Under the pieces are notes generated by a model. The model was not told where the DNA came from, searched no databases, and saw only the letters and a program-made list of their open reading frames with translations. Of a DNA stretch of 64,000 nucleotides, positions 25,618 through 38,100 are shown piece after piece. The stretch is from Amphiscolops sp. MND2022 (taxonomy: Eukaryota). The number at the start of each line of letters is the position of its first letter. Within the stretch, counting starts at the first letter, position 1. The stretch lies in assembly GCA_964187785.1 (NCBI GenBank), contig OZ076409.1, forward strand, positions 76,818,001 through 76,882,000, read 5' to 3'. A program made the position numbers and the translations under genes.

Positions 25618-28600
25618 ATGACATTGAAGCTTTTTGACGAGTACACAATTCGATACACTGCACACGTTTTTATTTTGGCCGCTTCCGATTTTCGACAAAC
25701 ATTGGTTGTGAACAGTTACTTTCGTAAAATGTCCAATTTCAATATTCTTCAGCTCAATTGAATATTTTCACACATACCATATTCTTAATGAAAAAACTAG
25801 TTAAACTGCTAATTTCAGCCTTTATGAACGAAATGAAAACCATTCATTGCTTTGTGAAAAAAGTATGTCAATGCATAGTCAATGCATATGTCAACTTCAA
25901 ATTGGCTTTGGTACACAATTTCTAAAACTGCCAGTCACCATTGGTTGGGATGCTTATGACTAGGAATTTGGAACTGTGTAATTTGGGCGCTTTTGTTTGG
26001 TGCGTTTTTGTTTCATGCCTGTAACTTTTTAAGCATCTTTTTGGCCAACTTGAACCATTTTTTAATTCTGCAAAAATTTGTCCATGTCATTTTCTCGCAC
26101 ATTTTGTTTGAGATTGTTTGGGCACAAAGAGATTTTTTAATAGGAAAGTATCTTCTAAATTCAAGGGGATTCTTTTTTGGTTGGAATAGGAAAATTTCTT
26201 GAAAAAAGTTCCAAAGTGCCGAAGAAAACTACTGCTTTCAAATAAAGTGAAAATTCAAGAATCCGACCCTTTTAAACACATTGGTCCTCTTTAGTGCTAA
26301 TATGAAGAAGCCCGACGAAAAAAGACAATAATAGTAGCGTTTTTTTACTACTAAAAAGACTACTAACTACGACTAAAAAGTCATTGGTTGGGACCACATG
26401 AAACTGATGATAGTTTAGCTATTAATAACTACTCAGCTCTCAATTGGTAATTCTGCAAAATTTTAAGACTTTATTAGTAACATCAGTCACGGTTACACCA
26501 ATTATTTTCCCAAAAAAGCTCATTTGTCTCGTTCTACATTCGTTCGGCGTAATTGACGTTTTTGGAGACTATTTAACCAGTTATGGAAAGCCTTGTGTAG
26601 TAATTAACCTCTGTATTCAACCTATTGATTTTCTCTGGTGTAAAAAAAACAACAAACTTTTAAAAATACTCTTCAATAATTGTATGTGTATCAACATAAA
26701 GATTTTTTGGGCAGTTCAATAAAACTGAAACCGGTGAAATTATAGATAACACGCCATGGAGGGTAAAAAATGAAAAAGGGAATTTTAAAAAAAGTTTGCA
26801 ATTGTTCACTTTACTTTTTTAATTCAATATCTTTTTGAAGCAAATATACCCCCATAGGCGCGTTTATATTTGTTGTAAAGATGATACCATTGTTTATGTT
26901 TTCCAATATATTGTTTGTCAGTTGATATTGCTCAATAAAGTACGGTTTGAGTCTAATTATTTTCAAAACAGAATAAAATAATTGATTTACTTACTATAAT
27001 TATCTTTCCTCGAAAAAAGTTATCTCTTCTTGTCAGACGTTCTGGCTACAGTTCTTACAACTTACATTTTTTGCATTTTACAAAATTATATTTCATTTTA
27101 GAGCTGAAGACATATTTTATCTGGAAGTTGATTCTAAAAAACTTACTACTTTGGAATATTTAATTTCTGTTTTTTCGGGAATCCTCATTCTCTGAAGCCC
27201 CCTTCTAAAATTCAAACAAAAATATGATACCAACCCATGAGAAGCAAAACTATTTTTTTTCCAAAAGTCGAGCTTGCTTTTATATGTCACAGTCTAGTAA
27301 AGATGTAATTGTTACAACAAGAACGTGCATAAAGAATAACAAACCGGAAACGACATAAGTCGGGCCTCGCCTGAGGCCGGGAAATTCGTGTGAGGCGGCA
27401 TGGCACTGCAATATTTTTCATTTTCTTTGGAAAATTTCTACGTTGAGATTGGGCAGTTCATTAGAAAAGCCGAAAAGATCAAACATCCAAAAATTCTTCT
27501 GAAATAGGTATTTTTGAGCACCAAAAAGTATCTAATAAGATCTTTCAGAACAGACAACTGAAATTTTCATATTTTGTCGCATACTGGATCTGATTCTCTC
27601 CCAATTAGAGAAAAACTTCAAATACAGATTTTTTGACACTTTTTGTTCCCTTTTTGGACAATAATTTTCGGTTTGTCTCAGTACACCATGAGTCAATTTT
27701 TAAAATGGCCCCGGAGTCTTGCCGGGGTGACATTACAGTGTAACCCATCGGTGACCACTGTGTGTTCTATCGCAACCCCCGCTGGCGACTAAGGTGCCAA
27801 TGACACATTTTGCGGTGGTCATGGGGGGTGGAGGAGGTGCAGCCCGTGAGATAGTAACGGAAATTCAACGTTTTGTACAAAATATACCTCCCGCCCATCA
27901 CCGCTAGTACTTTATTAGCTTTGACTGAGCTATATTTGCTCTGCGGCACTGTCTACATTGTTGCATCAAGATACGGGGTGCCTCTAAGTGTCCTCAAACT
28001 CATAACAGAACGATGAGGGTTTAACATTTCCAGTGTGGATTTCAGCCTAAAAACGTAGCTTTGAATCCAAAATATTAGATTCAAAGTTTTTCAACTACCT
28101 AACCATGGATCTATGATGCGAAAAGAATCCAAAATTGAATAATGAATAACACCAAGATGGACAAAATTCTAATGTTGCAAAATTTTGATGAAATCTTCAA
28201 AAAATTGTTGTCAGGTTAATGCTGTGCTATCGCCCGGTCTTCATGGCTTTGGTTCGGCGTAGATATTGGTCGCGATAGAAGTGGCAAATCTTCCAAAACT
28301 ATAGTTTTAGATTTTACATGTGAATTTCTCTTTTTTGAAACTTTCTTTTTGAGTTTTTTCTTAGGTGGGTTTTATAATATCTCCGGAGCTGTTTTTATGT
28401 TTTTTTCCGCGATTATGCAGAGGTTACGTAAAGACACCTGTATTAGATTAGACTTTTCGTTCGAGCTCCTACTTCGTTTTCTCAAAGATACAAGGAGATT
28501 GCAGTGCCACATATCTATCAAACCAAAATCAGCTTGTTAAAAATTAATTAAAGCTGAAAAGACATTTTTGTTTTTTTTTCTCAATCAGAACCCTCTCTAA

Positions 28601-28952
28601 AACCTAATTTGCCCTGGGAAATTGGGGTAACGAAGGGATGGCCGCTTTTTGCAGTACAGGGTATATTGGATGAGTACATAGGATGGCGGCCATTGTGTAA
28701 GAGTACATTTTTAAAGTTTCCTAAGGTGGAAATTTCGATCGAAAACAGAAAAAAAGCTGCAATTTTATGATGTAATAATAATTAAATTCAGTCATGAGAT
28801 TTCGAAAACCCATTGAGCTTTCGCTTTTCACCCTTTAATACTTTTCCAGACCTTTCAGCACATCTTTTTTTTCGCATTTGAGTTGCCGGGAGTTACTCGT
28901 TTTTTTGAGAGTTGGCGGCTGTTTGAATTAAGGTGGAGATGATTATTTTCAG

Positions 28953-29211
28953 AAGTGGTGAACATGTTTCAGGTATGCGTGTCAGCACTAAAAGAGACGG
29001 AAGTGACGTAGCAGACCCTCTGTCCTCACTCGATTCCGACACACCGTCAGCACAGAGCAACTCTGCTCCTGCCGATCGCGTCAAGGCTGTTATATTGAGG
29101 AATCAATCAGTTAAAAAGCAACCCAAGCACTCATTCGCTCACTTTGACCACCTCAGTCCCTTTTTTCACGATGGAAACAGCCCCCTCAATAGCAGGCATG
29201 ATGAAAATTGA
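28953..29211 (+). CDS. Possible host-gene coding exon (Ser/Asp-rich)
   Basis: Acceptor TATTTTCAG at 28952, an open frame SGEHVSGMRVSTKRDGSDVADPLSSLDSDTPS..., and GC above background. The 3' boundary is uncertain. Confidence 0.3.
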
Positions 29212-29606
29212 AGTGAAAAGGATTTCACTTGAACAATTCATACTTTTTATAAGTTGTAGAGCATTCATTGTAAAGGAGCAGGTAAAGTTCATTAGTCAAC
29301 TAGAATGGACGAAAAATGCTATTATAGTGAGTTCTTTCTTTCGAAACAGATTATAGGAATAATTGTCAAAAATTTCAATGTTACATTAATTAGTATAATA
29401 TTTTGTTAATTGGTGTTCCGATTTATTTTAACGTTTTAGGATTCTAATTTTTCATGGAAACATTTTTGGCTTCTATAGTTCTGTATAAAAGCGGGCATCT
29501 TTGCGAGTCGAATTGTCTAAGACAAATGGTATTGCCCAACTTGTACAAATACTATTGCATGAGTTACGATATGCTACGCTTGTTATCGAACATGCCTTCT
29601 AATTAG

Positions 29607-29899
29607 AGACCCCTCGGAAGCCAAAAACCTCTCTTACCCTTCCTCCATTTCTTCGTCTAGGTCCCTTACCCACCCCAATCATGCCTTGAAGCAACAGCAC
29701 CAGTTGCGACACACCAGTGGTGACGTCATTGGCCAGCCTCTTCAGGGACAGCAGCTACCGTACCTCTCCAGCCCAGGCTCAGTGGATCACAACACCAACA
29801 CCCTTGTTGCTCCTATTCCCGACCCCCCACAGCACTTTGCCTCCTCCTCCTCTGCCGCTACCGCCTCCGGATTCACCGCCCCCACGGTACTAAATTACG
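29607..29899 (+). CDS. Probable internal coding exon of a host gene (S/P/Q-rich low-complexity segment)
   Basis: Acceptor TTCTAATTAG (29606) and strong donor G|GTAAGT (29899/29900). The frame is open throughout (DPSEAKNLSYPSS...LKQQHQLRHTSG...APTVLNY) and forms a GC-rich island in AT-rich DNA. Confidence 0.55.
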
Positions 29900-31079
29900 G
29901 TAAGTGTGATCAAAATAGTTGATCCTTAAAATGATTGATTCGTGACAAACAGGTTATAGTTTTGACATGAAAAAGGACAAAGCGGCAGTATTCAACATCA
30001 TAACGAAGTCGTTCTTCCCCCACGTTTTGAAAACTAAATTTTTACTTATCAATTTGAACGAAAATTTTTTTATTTAATGCTAATAAACTCTTAACTTACT
30101 CTGTTTCATGGACATCACTTTATACAATCACATATTAGTTCTTCCAGGTGATTTTACGCGTGGGAGAAGAAATGATAAAAAAATCGAAAGGGGTTTTACC
30201 TTTAAAAAAATTTGCCGATGGATCTTCGACGATTGAGAAAGCTTCTCATTAGCGTCCGGGAGTTTTCTAAGTCCTGGAGCATTCACCAAACACGTGGGAA
30301 GCTGCTAGTCGTCTGCAACTTTCGAGTTCTGTGGAAATTGATCTCGTTAAAAGCTGAAAACAGAGAGTATTTATTGGCCAAGAAAATACAGTTTGGTAGA
30401 TTCTATATCAATCTTAACAGCACACAGAGCGAAATCAAAACAGATTTTCTCCGTTTCTGAAAACCTATTGATTTTCTTCAGAAAATCTTGGTCTCAACAA
30501 TAACGAGACACCCGATCTAGTTTGAAAACGAGACGCAAAAACGCGAAATCCAGACAACGTTTCCGGGGTGATGAGTTTTCATCAATTTTTCCTTTCATGT
30601 CATCTGTACTGATTTTGAGTACCTGCAGGTTTTTCGCATGCCCAACTGCAACGATACAATGGAAAATTCGCCAAATGTAGCAGACATATCCTTCATCGGG
30701 TAGCCGAGTGGCTCCCCGGGTTGACCCTCCATGGATAACTTAGTAAGATCTTGCAAAGATATTGCCAAGAATTGCAAGATGTCATGGTAGGATTTTATCC
30801 AGGCAGGCATGTTTCTATGAAAAATTTTACTAAGAAGCCCACGATGGCATAAAAAATTGCTACGAACTGCTTGATATCGAGAAAAAAAGCAGCATCAGAA
30901 AAACATCATTTAAAAGTTATTGATAAATGAACGAGAACTCACTCAGAAATAGAATTGCTGGATGATCTTCACAACCACTATAAAAACATGAAAATCCACT
31001 GATTTAATTTTGAAAATCACTAAAACAGTATCTAACACCACCGGAATAACATCTAGCAAACCGGGAACAGCGTAAGTTG

Positions 31080-31500
31080 GCGCCAAGACTCAAAAATAGC
31101 AAAAGTACTTCAAAGTGTGAAGGATGTTTTTACAGTACCCGAAAAACCCAAAAGTTGGACCGAATTGGCGCGCCGGGCCCGTTAACGCGGATCCCTGGCG
31201 CGCTAAAAGGGGACACGTTGGGATTTTTCAACATTTCTATCGCAAAACATCAAAAAATTGAAGGGGGACCCTTCGAAGTCATTAAAAAATTTTTCTCTCA
31301 CAATGCCGAAAAAACTTAAAGGTGGGACCCTTTAGTCTCGCTCGGTATTGTATGTTAGCGGAAAAAAGGAAATACCTTTTTAGTTCAGTTCTCTAGGCCA
31401 AATGGTTCAACTTGACACCAATAAAGGTTTGTAGAACAATTTTAGTCAGTTCGTGTGGATTGAAAAAAAGTCGCGTTTCATTTCATGAAGCGCCGACTAA
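31080..31500 (+). repeat. Dispersed repeat family copy (inverted homolog at ~46300-46780)
   Basis: TTCAGTTCTCTAGGCCAAATGGTTCAACTTGACAC and GGGACCCTTTAGTCTCGCTCGGTATTGTATGTTAGCGGAAAAA match reverse complements at ~46378-46480. Confidence 0.75.
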
Positions 31501-31519
31501 AAATTACAGAATTTATCTG

Positions 31520-31800
31520 AAAATCACTGGAATGAAATCAAAAAGCACTGGAAAGTTATCTAAAACCACTGAATTAAGAATATCCAAAATCACTGCAACA
31601 GGACCTGAAAGCACTGGAAAAACATCTACAACCACTGGATTAAGGACTAAAACCTCTGGAATAAGATCCAAATTTCCCCAGAGATTTCGAGATTTATCCA
31701 ATTTCATCCTGAAACTTCTGAAATGATCCAAAATACTGATACGTCGGTTCTCATTTCCTTGTAATAAGATCTGAAACCACTGGAATAAGGTCTAAATTTC
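31520..31800 (+). repeat. Degenerate ~20-bp minisatellite (AA(C/T/G)CACTGGA cores)
   Basis: CACTGGA cores recur about every 20 bp. Confidence 0.7.
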
Positions 31801-32114
31801 CCCAGTACGACGATCTTTCCTTCGATCTTATTCCGGAGATTTTGATTTATTGCAAGAAATCAGTGTCTACACTGAAAAAGGGTGTAACGACCCGGCAATA
31901 GAATTATCATACGAATATGACTATTTTTAGAACACTTGATCGAAATTTTGAAATCTTGGAGTTTTTTCTATCTCAGTGAGATTCGATTTCGATCTTGGGA
32001 TAATGATACATCTTGGTACGATCTCAGCAATAATCTTGTTATGGGATCCATGGTTACCGAGATGTAGTAAGAGTTTGGCAAGATCTTGTCATGGCAGCCA
32101 AGATGCTATGCTAG

Positions 32115-32814
32115 TATAGCGGACAGTAAACAGGAAATGAATTTTTTAATACATGTGAGACTTCATACACGTTACATATACACATCTATATATTGAAAAA
32201 TATTAACAGCGTTGCTTAATATACATTGTAACAATTGTTGTGCACATTTTACTTTTTTTAAAATATTTTACAAACAATTATCCAGGCAGTTCCAGGCAGT
32301 GTGCATTTTAAAAAGCCTTGTGGTCGTTTCTAAAAATTTAGCTGCCTTGTAGTAATAAATATTTTGTTGAGTCTGATTCAGCTTCCCAATTGTTCAGCCG
32401 CCCCCTTATTTCAGCTGCCCCTTATTTAAAGCTGCTCTTATTATTTTATGCGCCCAATTCAGCTGCTCCTTTATTAACATTCATCAAAAGCCCCACTCTT
32501 ACCCAGTGCAGGATTAATTATTTATTCGTTTCTTGCACCTGCAGAAGTATCTTCAGAAACCGAAAACTATCACAGCCATAACATCATTCATCAAGCCAAA
32601 TGTAAGTTGCTGTTTGTTACTTAATAATTTTGGTCAGTAAATATCGTTCTTTAAAATTGAGTTTTCATATTCTTATAGACTTTTTTTCTTGTCCTTTTTT
32701 TTAGAAATATCCACTAGTCATTTTTAAAAACAAAATATATCCATTTACCCCAACAATCGCCCTGCGCATCGAAAGTTGAAACGAATTCAAATCTAGTAAA
32801 AAGCGATTGTTGAA
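32115..32814 (+). repeat. 5' LTR of element 1 (700 bp)
   Basis: Matches 44175-44874 with two substitutions seen (32721/44781 and 32812/44872). Contains a TCCAGGCAGT tandem, CAGCTG-CCCTTATT repeats (~32395-32475) and a TATTTAAA TATA-like box near 32424. Confidence 0.95.
32600..32607 (+). promoter_or_regulatory. Candidate major splice donor AT|GTAAGT in the LTR of element 1
   Basis: Consensus GTAAGT at 32602-32607, preceded by AT and downstream of the TATA-like box. Compatible with three AG|G acceptors (see findings). Confidence 0.65.
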
Positions 32815-32815
32815 A

Positions 32816-32833
32816 TGGTGACAAGGGTGGGAT
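32816..32833 (+). promoter_or_regulatory. Primer-binding site of element 1 (Leu-type tRNA-like)
   Basis: TGGTGACAAGGGTGGGAT lies 1 nt after the LTR. TGG-T plus a GTGGG-AT T-arm complement fits a Leu-type (class II) tRNA 3' end. The exact isoacceptor is not determined. Confidence 0.8.
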
Positions 32834-33222
32834 ATTTGTAAAAAGAGAAGTTTTTTTACAAAAAAAAAATTTTAAAGTAACTTAGAACCCCCATCAAAAC
32901 ATTCTTAGTCCTAGACCCGATCCAAAAATTTTTTTTTGAAATGTGCCATTTCCTGGTTCGCCAGTGTTGCCCATAAGATTCCCAATCCGGACATGGTCCG
33001 TGCCTAGTTTTCCAGCTCAATGCTGTGTCTTTCCGCTTCGGCGTGTCTCAGGCTTTAAAATGGCACATTTGACCCAATGCCCTTAAGTTTTAAGAAGTTA
33101 CACGGTAAGTGCTTGTCATAAAACAAACAGTAGCCAATTTTTTGTAACATTTCTATCAAAATAGTTCCGTTTTCTTTTTGATAACCTAAATTCTAATAAC
33201 CGCCGCGAGTTTTTTTGTTGAT

Positions 33223-33492
33223 ATGCCTTGTGCTCACAATACGCATTCTCACCTACCGTTGTACGTTTTTCCCCAACGACCGCTTCGACCATCAAGTCCT
33301 CCGCCCTCTTACAGCGAAACACGTGAAAGACCGATATTCACGCCCTGTTTTTTTAGTTTTCTACTCTTGATCCTCCGTTTTGCGCTTCTCTTGACCGTTT
33401 TAGCCCTTTGTGCGATGTCGTACGAAATCAACAAGATAAATATAACTTGTAAAGCACTTCAAACCCAAAGAGTGGACTATACGTCTCTGTAG
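33223..33492 (+). CDS. ORF A: 89-aa single-pass membrane protein with PPSY motif, in the leader of element 1
   Basis: ATG start, PSSPPPSY motif, hydrophobic FFSFLLLILRFALLLTVLALCAM helix, and an NIT sequon downstream of the helix. Confidence 0.45.
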   Translation: MPCAHNTHSHLPLYVFPQRPLRPSSPPPSYSETRERPIFTPCFFSFLLLILRFALLLTVLALCAMSYEINKINITCKALQTQRVDYTSL

Positions 33493-33502
33493 GAGCGGCC
33501 TA

Positions 33503-33901
33503 ATGTATACTTTTAGCATACCTGTTTCCGTTTTGTCAAACACACCGCCTCAAAACTTCGTTATTCCTTGCTACTTCTGCCAAGTGAAACTTTTCAAAAT
33601 TCCATTATCGCATCAACCAGAACGTCGTTTTACGGCACATGAACTGTCGATTCATTTGCGTCTTGAGGCTATCCACAATTGGCAACATCGAAACGTTTGT
33701 TCAACTTTCCCGTATGGTCGTGTTGATAACAATGCAAGTGTAAAAGCTTCCTGTGCGTCCTTTTTCCCTCAATTATCCAATATTTGGGCTTCTCATATTC
33801 AATTTCTAGCAATACACGTAACGAATCCATTCTTTTTGGTCTATCCCGACTGCAAACCACCTAGTCTCAATTTTGGTCCGCTGCGAATGGATCGCATGTG
33901 A
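33503..33901 (+). CDS. ORF B: 132-aa Cys/His-rich protein upstream of gag
   Basis: ATG start, CYFC...HELSIH...HNWQH...C, and an in-phase splice acceptor TCTCTGTAG|G at 33492/33493. Confidence 0.5.
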   Translation: MYTFSIPVSVLSNTPPQNFVIPCYFCQVKLFKIPLSHQPERRFTAHELSIHLRLEAIHNWQHRNVCSTFPYGRVDNNASVKASCASFFPQLSNIWASHIQFLAIHVTNPFFLVYPDCKPPSLNFGPLRMDRM

Positions 33902-33942
33902 AACGTTCTAGACCTAACGTAGACTTTAAGCGTTCAAATACA

Positions 33943-35163
33943 ATGAGCACTCAACCAAGCACCCCCACAACGGCCACCTCGACAGCGGTAACCAATACCA
34001 CTACAACCCCAGTTACTAGTGGTGGTGCAAGTAGCTCCCAAGCACCAGCACAAGCACCTACCGTGGGTTCTACAACTCCTAACACTAGTACAACCCCAAC
34101 AGCTTCCTTTTTCACTCTGCCTGGCGGTAGACAAAACCCAACAAGTGTTCCATACATAGCCCCGCTTCCGTCATGTCTGATGCCAGAGTCTTTCACAGGA
34201 AAAGGTGATTTCGAAGATTACCTGCAACAATTTAACACAGCAGCACTTCTCTCAGGCTGGTATTCGAACGCACACGATAACAGACCACATTATTTTGCGT
34301 TGCGATTGAGAGAAAATGCTTTGCATTTCTACACTACGTTGTCTCCATCACAACAAACTAACTTCGATATGCTCGTTGACGCGTTCCGCCAGAATTACAC
34401 AACTAATGGCGATATTCTGAAAGCAAGATTGAAAGCCGCGAAGCAGCAACCCAACCAAGATATTTCATCTTTCCTATGTGACGTTCGGACGCTGGCGCGT
34501 CGTGCATATCGGGATCATCCTGCTATGATTGATCCGGTAGTTCTGACGTGCTTCATTGAAGGGTTAAGCGACAAAACGCTTCGATGGGAGCTCCGAAAAG
34601 CCAAGCTAGCCACAGCGGATGATGCTTTGTCCTTGGCTATGGAGCTGAATTCGTTCCTGGAGATTGAGAACGGAAACCCCCAAGCCGCTCAAACAGTTAA
34701 CCGAGTTAGTACTTCTTCTGAAGCGGAGCCATCAGCGTCCAAAATTATGGCTGATTTTGTTCGATCATTACAAACTGAACTTCAGTCGTCAACGTATCGG
34801 TCCAATAATGATTTCCATCAACGAGGAGACACAAAATCATCAAACAGAAATGATCACTCGAGATCGCAGAGTAATGATTCCAATCGGAGTGGCCAGTCAG
34901 TACGATTTCAGTCGTCACAAGGACGCGAACGACCAAATAACGCAGGCAGATCTGACAAAACACAAAAACAACAGTATCGCCAAGATTCCCCCCATCCCAA
35001 GAAACAAGGCAACAATAACAACACGCAAAACAATCGGAAGCCGTGCGAGCGTTGCACACGCAAAAATCATACAACGAAGGAGTGCAAAGCTTGTTTCAAT
35101 TGTTTGAGAGTCGGTCATTTCCAGAATGAATGCAAGGCTCCCAAAAGGGAACATTTAAACTAG
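33943..35163 (+). CDS. gag: Gag of element 1 (capsid plus two CCHC zinc knuckles)
   Basis: ATG at 33943 in ACAATGA context, capsid motif PESFTGKGDFEDYLQQF...GW, and knuckles CERCTRKNHTTKEC and CFNCLRVGHFQNEC. Confidence 0.95.
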   Translation: MSTQPSTPTTATSTAVTNTTTTPVTSGGASSSQAPAQAPTVGSTTPNTSTTPTASFFTLPGGRQNPTSVPYIAPLPSCLMPESFTGKGDFEDYLQQFNTAALLSGWYSNAHDNRPHYFALRLRENALHFYTTLSPSQQTNFDMLVDAFRQNYTTNGDILKARLKAAKQQPNQDISSFLCDVRTLARRAYRDHPAMIDPVVLTCFIEGLSDKTLRWELRKAKLATADDALSLAMELNSFLEIENGNPQAAQTVNRVSTSSEAEPSASKIMADFVRSLQTELQSSTYRSNNDFHQRGDTKSSNRNDHSRSQSNDSNRSGQSVRFQSSQGRERPNNAGRSDKTQKQQYRQDSPHPKKQGNNNNTQNNRKPCERCTRKNHTTKECKACFNCLRVGHFQNECKAPKREHLN

Positions 35164-38100
35164 AAATGTCTACCCTAGCGGGTCACAGCGCAGACAAGAC
35201 CACAAACCGAGGCCCACAAATTCAGACTCTTAACTCTGTGGTGGATCACAGAAGTGTATTCGTCCAATTATCCATTTTTAATACGGTGATTGAGGCTGTG
35301 TGTGATAGTGGAGCAAGTGTGTCTTGCCTGAGTTCTGATGCATTTGGGAAATTGAAGAACGGGAAGAATTTAGAGCTAAAACCGTCAGACACGAAGCTTG
35401 TAGCAGCCAACAAACAACCTATAGTAACATGCGGCATTGTGCAACTACCTTTGCAAATCGGTCCGAGACATTACGAACATTCGTTTCACGTTCTGGAGCA
35501 AGCAGAAGCTGACTGTCTACTCGGCTTAGACTTCCTCAAAACTCATAAATGCGACCCGTTGTTTTCCCAAGATATTCTGCGTCTGGATGAAAAGACGACA
35601 GTCCCCCTGTATCATCGTCAGCTCACAGATGCTAAGACAACTGTGTTCAGGGTGGTGGTGTCCGAGACAGTTTCGGTACCACCACGACATACAATGATTG
35701 TGCCAGCGCACATCAAGGATTGGAAACGCCCATTGAATGAGGGTGTAGCAATTTTCGAGCCGCACGAACGGTTCGATGGCTCAAAAGAAGCAGTGGCACC
35801 AAGTATTTTGTTCAACTTTGCTGAGGAAAACATCCCGGTGACGATCGAAAATTCTGGAGAAGAGCCACTGATCTTGTATGAGAAAACAACTTTGGGTACT
35901 TCAGAAGCAATCCCTGATTTACCCATACAAAACGTTGTAACCGAAACAAAAAGCTTGAAGTCTAAAATAGACGAAAAGGACGAATCGTACGATTTGAAAA
36001 ATGTAGTGGATGGAGTTGATCCGGAAATTCCATTCAAAATAAAACAGAAATTCGCAGAACTTGTTTACGAATTCGAAGATGTGTTTTCGCAAAACCAATG
36101 GGACATTGGTCGTTGCGAAGCTACAACACACAAAATAAACGTATACCCCGGATCAAAGCCGATTAAAATTCCGAATCGCAGAATGCCCCTCCACTATAAA
36201 CAGGATCTCCAAGAGAAATTAGACGCGTTCCTGGACAAGAAGTTAATAGCTCCTTGTCACAGCCCTTACAGTGCACCCGCCATGCTAGTCCCGAAGAAAA
36301 ACGGAAAACTCCGCCTCGTCATTGACTACAGACAATTGAATAGTCAAACAATCAAGTCTTGTTGGCCAATCCCTTCGATTGAAGAAATTTTTGACACTCT
36401 AGATGGAAGTTCAGTCTTTTCCACTATAGACATGAGTTGGGGATTTTATCAGCTGCCCTTAGACGAATCAAGTCAAGATTATACTGCTTTCAGCACACCT
36501 TTTGGTTCCTTCAAATGGCTTGTAATGCCGATGGGACTCACAAACAGTCCACCGACGTTCCAAAATTTAATGGAAATCGTTTTGGCGAAACTTATCTGGA
36601 AAACAACAGTCCCCTACCTTGATGATTGTATCATCTTTGCCGCTTCCCCGGAGGAACACTTAGAACGAGTCAGGGAACTTCTAGGCAGATTTAGACAAGC
36701 CAACTTGAAAATAAACCCCCTAAAATGCGAGTTTTTCCGCACCAAAGTCCACTTCTTGGGCCATGTCATCAGCAAAGAAGGCCTTCAAGTTGATCCCACA
36801 AAAATTGCAGCCGTTAAAGAGTTTCCGGTCCCAATTAACCAGACCCAGGTGAAGTCATTCTTGGGCCTTTGTTCCTACTATAGACGTTACATCAAAAACT
36901 TCGCTGAAATCGCTCGTCCCTTGCATAAAGCGAGTGAAACCAACTCGCCTTTTAAGTGGACAACTGAGGCAGAGCAAGCGTTTGAAGATCTAAAAGCACG
37001 ACTCCTCACAACACCAATTTTAGCCTTTCCAACAATGGAAGATCCTTTCATCCTCTACACGGATGCCAGCCAACTAGCAATGGGAGCCGTTCTAGCCCAA
37101 GTACAAAATGGCCAGGAACGTGCTATTTGCTATGCATCAAAGGCATTCTCCAAATCCCAATCAAAGTACTCAGCGACGAAACGAGAACTTCTCGCAATGG
37201 TCCATTTCACTCGGTACTTCCGACATTACCTACTCGGTAGAAAATTCAAAATTGTCACAGACCACAGTGCACTTCGCTGGTTACACAATTTCAAGGACCC
37301 CGACGGTCTCATTGCACGTTGGATTGAAAAACTAGCAGCTTTTGATTACGAAGTGCAACATAGACCAGGCAAATCCATCGGACATGCCGACAGTCTGTCC
37401 AGAATACCAACTGAATCCGTCCAATTAACGCAAGAATGCCGAACAGGAGTCCCAGGTGCAACAAAGACGAAGAATTGCAACAATGACGAGGAATGGCCCA
37501 ACGCACAATCTAACTACAGTATTCACCTATTGCCTAGAGATACAGCATCAATACCACTCCAAGCTATCATTGAACTCAAGGAAAAAGCTAATAATCACAG
37601 CAAAGTTAAAACCGGCGAACTTCTCGAACACGAGCAACCACAAGAAAAGCCTCTACAAGAAGAACTAGTCATTACAGAAACAGGCATTGTCAAGTATCGC
37701 GAGGTGAAGGGCGATTTGTTCAGTTCTTCGGAGTCCCTAGCTCACTGTATCTCAGCTGATTTTAAAATGAGTTCTGGAATAGCCCGATCATTCAAAAGGA
37801 AGTTCCCAGCACAGTATCCAGAGGACTTATCAAAGCAAACTGTGCCACTTTGGGTACAACCATTACCTGGTGACGGCCGTTTCCTGTATCACTTGCTGAC
37901 TAAGGAACGTTACTACCAAAAGCCAACATATACTTCACTTCGAGCTTCTCTGGAACACATGCGTAGCCATGCTGAAACGAACGATGTCCTAAAGATTAGT
38001 ATGCCTCAAATAGGCTGTGGAAATGATAAACTTGACTGGGATTTGGTTCGCAGACTCATCCGAGAAGTCTTTGACGGATCCAATGTATGTATAACTATTT

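Noticed and set aside
31412-31726. 104-aa K/T/G-rich ORF
   Set aside because: It is a translation of a minisatellite inside a non-autonomous transposon.
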